DNA of 63,992 nt, filler included, from Octopus bimaculoides (lineage: Eukaryota), in NCBI RefSeq assembly GCF_001194135.2. It is 8 parts of 8 records of this genome, joined end to end, with 100 filler letters (N's around TTAATTAATTAA, not from the genome) between each part and the next. Parts side by side here need not be neighbours in the genome. Positions count along the whole stretch, not along the records: positions 46,435 to 53,279 come from NC_069003.1; positions 53,380 to 58,083 come from NW_026318660.1; positions 58,184 to 60,872 come from NC_069000.1; positions 60,973 to 62,885 come from NW_026382311.1; positions 62,986 to 63,992 come from NC_068988.1; 3 more parts are not named here. The stretch is one strand, 5' to 3'. A program made the translations under genes and the position numbers. The notes beneath the pieces are model-generated. The model searched no databases, was not told the DNA's origin, and worked only from the letters and a program-made list of their open reading frames with translations. Below, piece by piece: positions 51,362 to 63,600 of this stretch (positions within the stretch are counted from its first letter, which is position 1; each line of letters starts with the position of its first letter).

Positions 51362-52245
51362 ACATCACTAAAGCACCAGTATTGCTAGAAATAAGAGTCA
51401 AAAACAACTCATAGCCACATTAATGCATCATCTTATTTACTGACAAGGGAGGCAAGCTCTCTAAGCAACAAGCATAGCCAGATCACCAGTGATTTTACAT
51501 TTACATTAATGTTCATCAGTGGCTCTTACCGGTGCCTTGGGTTAAACTCAACTCACCCTGTCAGCTTATAAGATCACTGTAGAAATCAAATGCTAGTTTT
51601 ATAAATGGTAAAGGCAAAGATATATATGTCACTAGAGCAACTGAGAATGCTGTTCAGCACCAGTATTGCTAGAAATAAGAGTCAAAACTAACTCATGGCC
51701 ACAATAACACACCATCTTATTTACTGACAAGAGAGGCAAGTACACAAAGCACTGGGCATAATTACCAGTGATTTTGCATTTACATTAATGCTCATCAGTG
51801 GCTCTCGCCTGTGCCTTGGGTTAAACTCATCTCACCTTGTCAGCTTATAAGATCACCATAGAAATCATAGGCTGATTTCATAAATGGTAAAGGTGTAAAT
51901 TATAAATAATAAGGGTGGCTTGTTAGCAATTTTTCAAGTGAAAGGCAACAATTTACACCTTTGCCACTTTTGAAATCAGTGTATGATTTCTATGGTGATC
52001 TTATAAGCTGACAAGGTGAGTTTAGTTTAACCCAAAGGACCAGTGAGACCCACGGACAACCAATAATGTAAATGTGAAATCACTGGTGATCTGGCTAATT
52101 CCTGGTGCTAAGAGAGCTTGCCTCCCTTGTCAGTAAATAAGATGATGTGTTATTGTGGGTATGAGTTGTTTTTGACTCTTATTTCTAGCAATATTGGTGG
52201 TGAATAGTGCCCTCAGTTGCTTTAGTGATGCATATATTTTTGCTT
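51362..52245. repeat. ~290-bp monomers arranged direct, direct, inverted (fold-back)
   Basis: 51362-51613 and 51614-51901 are direct copies; 51950-52245 is their reverse complement; spacer ~48 bp. Confidence 0.9.
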
Positions 52246-52942
52246 TTCGGTTGAAAAACTGCTAAGAAGCCAACCTTATTATATATATATATATNNNNNN
52301 NNNNNNNNNNNNNNNNNNNNNNNATATACATATATATATACATACATATATATATATATGTCGTTGCCAGTGCCGCTGGATTGGCTCCCGTGCAGGTGGC
52401 ACGTAAAAAACACCTTTTTGAGCGTGGCCGTTACCAGTACCGTGTGACTGGCCCTCGTGCCGGTGACATGTAAAAGCACCCACTACACTCTCGGAGTGGT
52501 TGGCGTTAGGAAGGGCATCCAGCTGTAGAAACTCTGCCAGATCAGATTGGAGCCTGGTGCAGCCTTCTGGCTTGCCAGTCCTCAGTCAAATCGTCCAACC
52601 CATGCTAGCATGGAAAGCGGACGTTAAACGATGATGATATATACAAATGAAAATATGCATTGTAAATAAAGAATGACAGGGCAAAAAACATACAACATAT
52701 ACTGAGTCTACGACCAAATGGGAAACAGACAGAGAAGGTCCCTAATTCTTCATCAGTTGTCAACCAGATGGTATTACTCAGTTTCACACCTTCAATGATG
52801 GCTGAGAACTTCCCATGCTGGCGGTGCCTGCAAAAGTTGCGGAGAATATAGGGCCACACACCTTATTCTCAAAGTGTGTACATGTGTAGCCATGTGATAT
52901 TGTGTAGAACTAAACACTAACAAGATGACTTTCTATCCTTAG

Positions 52943-53045
52943 TTATGGGTTGCTGACAGATTCCAAATGGTACGTCGGGATTTCCATCCTGTTTCTTATA
53001 CTGATGCCAATCATCCAGTTACTGAAATCTATAATTACCGAACTG
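52943..53045 (+). CDS. Putative exon C of the same gene (LWVADRFQMVRRDFHPVSYTDANHPVTEIYNYRT-G)
   Basis: ttctatccttag acceptor, phase-0 start, 103-nt open frame, gtgagc donor in phase 1. Same contig and strand as exons A and B. Confidence 0.55.
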
Positions 53046-53054
53046 GTGAGCTTC

Positions 53055-53097
<43 letters not shown>

Positions 53098-53435
53098 GAG
53101 TGAGAGAGCAGTGCATGCCATCAAAGTGACATGGGGGTAAAATATACGAAGCCCATTATACCCATCATGACTACCCGTCTGATAAGGGTACACCAGGTGC
53201 ATGCATCACAACTATTTGTGCTCGAGATGGTGATCTTGTATCAAGATAAACAGCGCATGACCTTGCAGGTGGGGCCCAGNNNNNNNNNNNNNNNNNNNNN
53301 NNNNNNNNNNNNNNNNNNNNNNNTTAATTAATTAANNNNNNNNNNNNNNNNNNNNNNNNNNNNNNNNNNNNNNNNNNNNGGGCTATGACCCTCTCTGTAA
53401 CTTTCATAACCTGATCTAACAGCTTGATGCCTCTG

Positions 53436-53473
<38 letters not shown>

Positions 53474-53712
53474 AGCATGGCCATTGCTAGTACCGCCTGA
53501 CAAGCTCTTGTGCTGGTGGTACGTAAAAGCACCCACTACACTCTCTGAGTGGTTGGCTTTAGGAAGGGCATCCAGCTGTAGAAATTTCCAGATCAGATTG
53601 GAGCCCGGTGCAGCCATCTGGTTCGCCAGTCCTCAGTCAAATCGTCCAACCCATGCTAGCATGGAAAGCGGATGTTAAACAATGATGATGATGATATATA
53701 TATATATATACA

Positions 53713-56700
53713 CCATCGTCCACATACCTTCACATGCACACACGCACATGTCAATGTCACCAGCCTCCTTCCACAGGCACATACACGCTCTCACATTCAC
53801 ACACACACACACACTTTCCTTTTGCGATCAGCACTACTTTATTATCTCCCCTTCTTTCTAGTTCTCCTGTGTGACTCCTCTGTCCGGCATTCGCCATGAC
53901 AGATCGCTAGCCACTATACATTTTTCTATTTTCTCTCCCTGTTTATTTCTGTGTTCCTTTCTGTCGAAGTGTGTAAGCTCAAAACGTAAAAGACTTTCTA
54001 ACTTCCTGAGCATTAAACTAATACATCTGTTTGTTGTTTACACACCTTTCTTCGTCTTTTGCTCTTTGTAAATTCTCACTATGTATTATACGCTCATGTG
54101 GTTGCACTAGTTTTATCCTGTCTCCACCTCCATTTCAAACTTTCCTTGGACTATTTTACCTGGTTTCTCTACCTGGACTTTCTTCTACTCTCCTACACCT
54201 GGACTCCTACACTTCAGCTGCACCTCTCCTACCCATGGATTACACTGGACTCTTCCTTTGATGAGAAATCATTCCAATACACCACAATGTTTGAACCTTT
54301 TGAACTTTTCTAAACTTTCTTGTACTTTCTGCTTTTTCCTATTGCTGTTTCTCTCAGTCCGCACTTGTTACCTTGCTTCTCTCTCCCTCCCTTTCTTTTT
54401 CCCTTTTGTCTTCTCTTTTCCCTTTCTTCCCCTTTCTCTTTGTTTCTTCCTTCTTTCTCTTTTTGTTTTTATTTTTCTTCTTCTCCCACCTCTTGTATTT
54501 TTTCTTCTCACACCATTTGCATTTTGTAGCCTCACACCTTCGCATTTTTTCTCCCCACACCTTTTGAATTTTTCCTCCTCACGTTTTTATTGCCTTTCTC
54601 TCTCCCACCTCTTTTGAATTTTTCCTCCTTTTTCTCTCTTTTCTTCTCGTTTTTCAATCATACCCGATTACAAACCTTTCCTCCTCCATCTTCACTACCA
54701 CCTAAAAACACCTTTGCACACTTCCTTTTCTCTGCTTTCAACCTTCTGTTAACCGTTCCCTACTAATTTTCAAAATACACGCTTCTGCAACCACCTTTTG
54801 TTTNNNNNNNNNNNNNNNNNNNNNNNNNNNNNNNNNNNNNNNNNNNNNNNNNNNNNNNNNNNNNNNNNNNNNNNNNNNNNNNNNNNNNNNNNNNNNNNNN
54901 NNNNNNNNNNNNNNNNNNNNNNNNNNNNNNNNNNNNNNNNNNNNNNNNNNNNNNNNNNNNNNNNNNNNNNNNNNNNNNNNNNNNNNNNNNNNNNNNNNNN
55001 NNNNNNNNNNNNNNNNNNNNNNNNNNNNNNNCTCATCTCAGTCTCCCTCCCATGCTAACACTACTTTACGTTACATAATTCATTTAAATAATCTCTTTCA
55101 TCAATTTCTTGCTCACACCAAACAACATAAACTCTACTCACCCCTCCATTCCATCTTACCTGATGCTACTACCCCCAACTCCTCCCCTCTCCCTCCCTGA
55201 TACGTTCCCCCACCCACACCCACATCCCCTCCCTCTCAGCCTTCCACCATTCCTCCAGATCTTCCCCTCTGAGGTGGAGCACTCCCTCCTCAGTAGAGGT
55301 CTGCGTGTCATCTCCCTCACTCCATCCAGCAATGAATTTCAGACTCCTGCCGATATCCACAATTTTGTGTGCCACATTAGGTTGTGTGCACTTTTCCGAA
55401 ACACTCCACCTGCATCTAATGAGGACGACTGCTTCACCAATCTGGGCTGCTGACCCTCCCAATGGACACCAGCTCCTGGCCAGTTCTAAGCAGTCGATCT
55501 TAGAACTAAGTTCTAAGCAGTTCTAAGCACGCTGTGGACCAGTTTGACTTTTCCAAGCATCCCCGACATCTGAACATCTCCACTGCCAAACTCTCAGCAC
55601 TTCGTTGTCTCCAACGCCACACAAACATCATCATAAAATTGGCCGACAAGGGTGGAGCTGTGGTGGTGTGGCACGCAGACCTTTACAAGGCGGAAGCTCT
55701 CCGCCAACTTCAAGACACCTCCTTCTACTGCCCCTCTGCCCTCCAATCCCATGCCCAGCTACCAACAGACTGTGTCCTCCCGTCTCTCCCACCAACTCTA
55801 ACCTCATTGTCCACACCCCTCGCACTTCCACAATTTACTTCCTCCCCAAAATCCACAAACCTAACAACCCTGGCCACCTCATCATCTCCGCCTGCAACTT
55901 CCCCACTGAACTCATCTCCAGATATCTTGACCGTGTCCTTGTCCCCCTAGTGGCTTTCCTCCCCTCTCACATCCATGACACCAACCACGCTCTTCGTTTG
56001 TTCAACTCTTTCTCCTTCTTAACTTCTCCTCACTCTTGACATCAAGAGACTATACACGGTGATCCCTCACCACAAGGGGCTGCATGCACTCCAGCATTTC
56101 CTGGACCTTCGACGCAGCCCCCAACCTGACACATCCACACTCCTTCGTCTGGCCAAACTTGTCCTCTCACTCAATTGCTTCTCATTCGCGGGTGATTTTT
56201 ACCAGCAGTTTTGGGAGTGGCCATGGGAATGAGAATGGACCCCAACTATGTGAACCTGTTCGTTGGCTACGTTGAGGCCGAAATATTCTCAAGTTTCACT
56301 GGTCCCACTCCTGAACTATACAGTCATTATATTGATGACTGTATCGGTGCGACCTCACTCTCCTGTAAACATCTCGACTCTTTCCTCTCTTTTGTCAAAT
56401 CTTTCTATCCTGCCCTCCACTTCACCTGCACTATTTCCGACATCTCAGTTGCCTTTCTCAACATTTCAGTCAGCATTCATCACTCCACTCTCACCACCTC
56501 TATCCACTACAAACACACAGACTCACACTCATACCTCAACTTCTCCTCCTCCCACCTTAAACACACCAAGAGCTCTCTATCCCCTATTCCCAATTCCTCC
56601 GTCTACACAGGCTCTGCAATGACAACCATGATTTTGAGTCTCAATTCATGGCTCACCACTTCATCCTATGTGGCTATCCCCTCATCACTATCCACACCAC

Positions 56701-57930
56701 CCTTGCCAGAGCATGTTTCATGGACCATGCATCAGCTTTCTCCTCCTGCACCCACCCCACCATCACCTGTCTCCCGTTTCCCCTCACCTACCACCCCAAC
56801 ACCCTTCCTCTCCAATGCACCATTCCAAGCCTTCCAGCGACTCTAGTCCGACCCCTCCACTTCACACATCTTCCCTAACCGACCCCCCCCCTCTCTTTCA
56901 AACAAACTCACAACCTACGAGACCTCTTGGTCCACAGCTTCTTCTCTAACCTAGCTTCTGAACCCGGCTCATCCCCCTGCTCCCACCGACGCTGCCGCAC
57001 CTGCCTTTACCTCTCCAACACAACCCTCCTTACAGGCACCCATCATTGGCCTTATCATATCACTGACTCCTTCACCTGCACTTCTAGCAATGTCATCTAC
57101 TGCATCTCCTACTCTCTCTGTCCTTCTCTATGCATTGGTCAAATGGGACGCTGCTTGGCTGACTGGTTTGCGAAAGACCTCTGAGACATCTGACTCAGCA
57201 ACCACACCCTGGTCTCACGCCATTTCCACTCTACCGGTCACTCTTTACAACACCTGTCTGTGTTCGAATTGTCCTTGCACAGGGGCTATCTGAACTCCCG
57301 TCTTTGCTACGAGCAGGGATTAATCTTCTCTCTTTGCTCCTTTGCACCTTCCCTTTTCATCTAACCCTCCTCCTCTCTCCCCTCTTCCACCCTCTCCCTT
57401 CATCGTCACTCCCTCCCTTGTTACCCCACCCCTACATATTCCAACCCCACCATCCCTATACATCCCATCCCACACCCACCTCATCCCTTAGACTCCACCC
57501 TTGCTTCCCCCACCACACCACACACCACCCTACACACACTAGCACTGACCACTTCCCAGCACCCATACCAGCGCTGACCACTTCCCAGCACCTAGACCAT
57601 CATCCACACACCTATACACGCACACGTCAATGTCACCTGCCCCCTTCCACAGACACATACACTCACTCACATACACACGTGCACCATTACTTTATTATCT
57701 CCCCTTCTTCTTAGCTCTCTTGTGTGACCCCTCTGTCCAGCATTCACCATGATAGATCGTTAGCCACTAAACCTTTTTCTATTTTCTCTCCCTCTTTATT
57801 TTTGTGTTCCTTTTTGTCAAAGATCGTAGGCTCGAAATGTAAAAGACTTTCTCACTTTCCGAGCATTAAACTAATACATCTGTTTGCTGTTTACACATCC
57901 ATCTTCGTCTTTTGTTTTTTGTAAATCCTC
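53713..57930 (+). mobile_element. Penelope-like retroelement (Neptune-type), pLTR-ORF-pLTR, frameshifted
   Basis: Direct repeats ~53713-54085 and ~57598-57930. ORF remnants in order: ADKGGAVVVW; YFLPKIHKPNNPG; GVAMG..MDPNYVNLFVG; YIDDC; YKHTDSHSYL; PC...RCRTC Zn knuckle; FTCTSSNVIYCI..C...IGQ.GR.L (GIY-YIG). Many stops and frameshifts. Confidence 0.9.
53956..53993 (+). ncRNA. Minimal type-I hammerhead-like motif (core CUGUCGA) in pLTR
   Basis: CTTT-CTGTCGA-A-stemII-[G/A]AAAC-GTA-AAAG. Homologous copies at 28738-28773, 47246-47283, 57809-57846 and 60505-60540. Confidence 0.55.
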
Positions 57931-58183
57931 ACTATATATCCACATATATGTATGTGTATATATGTATGTATATATGTATATGTGTATGTGTGTATATTCA
58001 CCATGATAGATCGCTGACCACTACATTTATATATTTTTTCTTCTTGTTTCTCTCCTTATTTCTTTCTGTGTTCCTTTCAGTTGNNNNNNNNNNNNNNNNN
58101 NNNNNNNNNNNNNNNNNNNNNNNNNNNTTAATTAATTAANNNNNNNNNNNNNNNNNNNNNNNNNNNNNNNNNNNNNNNNNNNN

Positions 58184-59990
58184 TATATGCCGCCCATCAT
58201 CCTACTGAACACCAGCTCCTAGCCAGCTCCAAGCATTTGATCAAGTTGCAAGCATCTGCCAACGTGTTCAACTATTTGCAAGTGTCCACAACAATTCTGT
58301 ATCTTCCCAACCGAACTCTCAGCCCTTCGATGTCTCTGATGCCGCAACGATATCGTCATCAAACCTACCGACAAGGGTGGAGCTGTAGTAGTGTGACGCA
58401 AATTTGCAGGGCTGAATCTCTCCGTCAACTTCAAGACACCTCGTTCTATTGCCCTACATCCCCTCCTCCAACCACACGCCTAACTACCAAAACTCTGTGT
58501 CGTCTACTTTTCATGACGTCATTTTCTCCTCCCGTCACTCTTCCACCGCCTCAATCCTCATTGTGTGTACTTTAAGCACCCCACTATTTACATCCTCCCC
58601 CAAACCCACAAGTCCAACAACCCTGGCCGCCACATCGTCTCCGCCTACAATTGCCCCACTGAACTGATCCCTAAATCTCTCGACCGTGTCCTTGCCGCCC
58701 TAGAAGCTTCCCTCCCCTCACACATTCACCACACCAATCATTCTCTCTCTCTGTTCAACTCTTTCTGTTCAATTTCTGTTCAGCTGCTTAACCTTCGTTC
58801 AGACACTCAACCTGACACCTCCACACTCCTTCGTTTGGCCGAACTTGTCGTCTCCCTGAACTATCCCTCAACTACTTCTTGCTCACGAGGGAGTTTTTCT
58901 AAAAGGTCTCGTGAATTGTCTTGGGCACGACAATGGTCTCTAACTTTGCAAGCCTGATCGTTTCTTTCTGTTAAAGATCAAATAGTCTCACAATTCACTA
59001 GTTCCACTCCTGTATCGGCGTTACCTCACTCACCTGCGAAATCTGGGATCCTTCCTCTCTTCTCTCCGATACTTTCATCCTACCCTCGAATTCTCCTGCA
59101 CTATCCTACGTCAAATTTCTCGATATTTTTGTCAGTATACACCACTCCGCTCTCACCACCTCCATCCACTTCAAATACATTAACTCACACTCATGCCACA
59201 CTGAGTCACACTCCCACCCTACCCACACCAAGCTCTCCGTCCCCTATTCCCAGTTCCTCCGGCTACACCACCTTTGTAGTGACGACCAGGATTCTGAGAC
59301 TCATTCTCAACTCACGGCTCGCTACTTCATCCTGCGTAGATATCTCCTCACTATTATCAACATTGCCCTTGCCCGGATACGATCTCCAGACTGTGCCTCT
59401 GCTCTTTCTCCTCACACCCACCCCATACTTACCCGTCTCCCATTTACCCTCAACAACCACCCTTCCACAATACCCATCCAACGCACTACTCTCCGAGCTT
59501 TCTGGCGATTCTAGCTCGACCTCTCCACCTCGCAATCGTCCCTAACCTACCTCTTCTCTTCTCCAAACGTATCCGTAAACTGCTTGACCCCCTGGTCCAC
59601 AGTTTCTTCCCTACTCTGCCTCACATCCTACCCCCTTCCCCTGCTATCAGCCACGCTGTCGCACCTGCCGCTACCTCTCCAACACCACCACCCTCATTGC
59701 TACCCATCACCGTCCCTATTATATCACCGACTCCTTTACCTGTACCTATAGTAATGTTATGTACTGCATCTCCTGCTCTCTCTTTGTTTTTCCCTGTACG
59801 GGACGCCGCTTGGCTCACCGGTTCGGAACGCCGCTTGGCTCACCGGTTCGGAACGCCGCTTGGCTCACCGGTTCGGAACGCCGCTTGGCTCACCGGTTCG
59901 GAACGCCGCTTGGCTCACCGATTACCGGAGCAACTACGAGACATCAGACTCAGTAATGATACTCTAGATTTGCGCCACGTCTACCCTACC
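58184..59990 (+). mobile_element. Second, more deleted Penelope-like copy
   Basis: PTDKGGAVV, YILPQTHKSNNPGRHIVSA, TLLRLAELVVSLN and GIY-YIG remnants colinear with the first copy. Separated from it by an artificial linker. Confidence 0.85.
59800..59920 (+). repeat. 25-bp tandem repeat (GGAACGCCGCTTGGCTCACCGGTTC) x ~5
   Basis: Perfect period 25 inside the GIY-YIG region of the second Penelope copy. Confidence 0.95.
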
Positions 59991-59994
59991 GGGT

Positions 59995-60420
59995 GTTTGC
60001 TACAACTTTTGTCTTAGTTCGAGTTGTCTCTGCACACATACCACCCTTCTGATGTACCCCATCTCAATTTTCGTTTCCATTTCTGTAATTAGTACCCTGT
60101 CAAATACTCCTAGATGCTTGCAACTCTCTTCTCTCCATGATTTTAATGTCTGTTCATCTGGTAATTGGATGCCTTCAATGTTGACAACCTGTCCCCTTCT
60201 TATGACTAATGTTGTACACATATCTATGCGAAATTCCATGCCTGTATCTTTGCTGAAGAGCCTTACAATCTGTATTAAGAATTTATCTTTTTTTTTTCAT
60301 TTTTACTAAAAACCAACAGATCATCCATGTAGAGCAAATGCTTAATTATTCCCATACTATTTCTGAACTGATACCATGCCTTTGCCTAATACCATGAGTA
60401 TTATTATCTAAGTTTCATTC
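59995..60420 (-). mobile_element. R4/Dong-like reverse transcriptase fragment
   Basis: IKHLLYMDDLLVFSK followed by GMEFRIDMCTTLVIRRGQVVNIEGIQLPDEQTLKS...KHLGV. Confidence 0.8.
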
Positions 60421-60615
60421 AGGCACTTTTCCAGTCATGCCGCTACGTTGGCCTGATGACCTCTGCACATTGGTTTCTCTTCCCATTTTTTTACCTCTTA
60501 ATCCATTGTGTCGAAGAGCTTAGGCGCGAAATGTAAAAGACTTTTACATTTTTCCCAAGCGTTAAACTAATACATCTGCTTGTTGTTCCAACACACACAC
60601 ACACGCACACACACA

Positions 60616-60667
<52 letters not shown>

Positions 60668-63600
60668 ATATTTGACGATGTTGGTGTGTTTGTGTCCCCG
60701 TAACTTAGCTGTTTGGCAGAAGAAAATCATAGAATAGGCACCAGGCTTATACGGTGTATTTTAAGGCTAAATAGTAATTCAGTTTACGTTTGCATAACTG
60801 AGATATTTTGGTTGGATTATATAGTTATTTGTTTTACACTTCTTTCTATATTCTGTAACTGTCACAATATAGNNNNNNNNNNNNNNNNNNNNNNNNNNNN
60901 NNNNNNNNNNNNNNNNTTAATTAATTAANNNNNNNNNNNNNNNNNNNNNNNNNNNNNNNNNNNNNNNNNNNNGTACATGATACACCGTCCGAAATACGCA
61001 CAGATATTGAAACACTCGCATACACTCATCCATACACAAAGGGAGACACCCCTTCATACATGCATACACACAGAGAGTCACAGACACAGACACACACACA
61101 TACATATATATGCATGCATATTTAGTAATATATCGTCAATGAAGTAATATAAAAATAGTATTATTCAACTCACAGTTCTGTTAAAGTGGAAAGATTTCGG
61201 AATGTTTCTAATTTGATTTCTTTGATATTATTACCACGCAAATTCCTGTCATAAATAATTGTGTGAAATAAAATTATAAGATGGCGATAATGAAGCAGAA
61301 TTAAAACAAGTTGTAGAATTAATAGAACTGAAAGATTATGAAAGGATTAAAGGAAGAAAATTAAAGATGGGAAATAAATAGGTGCAGGAGAAAAGACAGA
61401 AAAGATGGAGATGATGATTAAGAAGAAGAAGACGGCGGAGGAGGGGGAGGAGGGGGAGAAGACGGAAGAGGGAGGAAATGCAAAAGAAAGAAGAGGGAGA
61501 AAAATAATAAGAAGAAAAAATAAGGAGAAGGAGGAGTAGGAGAAAAGGGTGGAGTAACAGAAGCAAGAAGAATATGAAAAAAAGATGAAAAATAATATGC
61601 AAAAGCAAGAAAAGCAAAAAAAAAAAAAAAGGGAAGAAAAAAGACAAAATAGAACAAGGGAGTGTAGAAAATTAAGAAGACGAAATAGAAGCAGGAAAAT
61701 AAGAAGAATAAGTTTAAGAAGGAGAATAGTAGTAGTGGGAGGAGGAATACGTGAAAGAAAGTAGAAAATGGACAAGTCAAACGNNNNNNNNNNNNNNNNN
61801 NNNNNNNNNNNNNNNNNNNNNNNNNNNNNNNNNNNNNNNNNNNNNNNNNNNNNNNNNNNNNNNNNNNNNNNNNNNNNNNNNNNNNNNNNNNNNNNNNNNN
61901 NNNNNNNNNNNNNNNNNNNNNNNNNNNNNNNNNNNNNNNNNNNNNNNNNNNNNNNNNNGATGAAAAATAATATGCAAAAGCAAGAAAAGCAAAAAAAAAA
62001 AAAAAGGGAAGAAAAAAGACAAAATAGAACAAGGGAGTGTAGAAAATTAAGAAGACGAAATAGAAGCAGGAAAATAAGAAGAATAAGTTTAAGAAGGAGA
62101 ATAGTAGTAGTGGGAGGAGGAATACGTGAAAGAAAGTAGAAAATGGACAAGTCAAACGCGAGAAAAATCGAGGAGGTGGAAAAGAAGTCTAAAATACATT
62201 CATATTAATAATGTACTTCTAGAATATGCAATTACTAGGTAGAGTCATGGATGGTAAACAACGTTGTTCTAGAGATAAACGCAGTAAATCATATATAGAT
62301 AGAAATAGAAACACAAATAGATACACTCTTAGAGATTCGCTTATAAAAAAGACACAGAGAGACACAGACAGAGACACACAGAGATATATATATATTCACG
62401 TACATAAACAAAATGCTATACATACCAATGCATTTATATTCAGACACACTCACAGACACTCTTATTACAGGCATTCACAAACAATCACAGATTTCTATCT
62501 GAGGAGATTGAGAATGTAAAGAGAAGCAAGGTCGGCACGCAATACAAAAGAGGGAAATATTAAATACTTAGTAATATATTCTCAATGAAATATTTTCAAC
62601 AAGACTTAGCCAACTTACAGATATTTTAAACTGGGAAGCTCATCAAAAGTTCCTACTTGAATTTTGTCGATTTTATTTCCATTCAAATGTCTGTAATATA
62701 AAATGTTAGTTGATAAGGTTACGTATAGAGGATTATTGTAGAATGTTATTATGAGGGAATGTTTTTAAAATATAATGTAAGATGCGTGAAGTGTTTTCTG
62801 AAGAACTATAAAATAGTGTTAAAAACAAATTTAGAAGGACAGGAAAAAGCATAGGTCATTCGTGGCCTTCTTTCATCAGTCAAGTNNNNNNNNNNNNNNN
62901 NNNNNNNNNNNNNNNNNNNNNNNNNNNNNTTAATTAATTAANNNNNNNNNNNNNNNNNNNNNNNNNNNNNNNNNNNNNNNNNNNNCGCTAAGCATTTCAC
63001 CTGGCGTGCTAACGTTTCTGCCAGCTCGCTGCCTTAGCGCTAATATATATTAACATATAAATATTATATGTGTATGTATGTATATATGTGTGTGTGTGTT
63101 TGCATAAAGACCCAGGTACCTATATGTGGATGAGTATTTATCACCCTTGCCCATTCTGCCCCATAAAATAACTCAGCGTCTCAAAATCTTCTCCCAATAT
63201 CTCTGACAGATTTAAAGCCAAGGTCGGATCTAACTTGGAAGACGACAAAAGATGTCAGATTATCCGTGAACAGATTGGGTTTAACAACATTTTGGTTTGT
63301 ATTTGTTTTAATAATTATTATTGTTGTTGTTGTTGTTGTTTTTGAATAAGCATCGCAAACAGCACAGTTGGTAGGGAGTTAGGCTACGAACCAAGCGGGG
63401 CCAGGGTTCACACCCTCTCACTGACACAGCATCATTCTGATGTGGCCATGGTATGTATCTTTTACCTTTACATTGCTTCAGTCATTAGACTGTGGTCATG
63501 CTGGAGCACGGCCTTGAAGAATTATTAGTCGAAGGAGTTGACTCTAGTACTCATATTTTTTTAAGACTTGTACTAATTCTATCGGTCTCTTTTGTCAGAC

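Noticed and set aside
61584-62157. Exact ~200-bp duplication with K/E/R-rich and F/L-rich ORFs
   Set aside because: Identical copies flank an N gap, typical of unmerged overlapping contig ends; low complexity.
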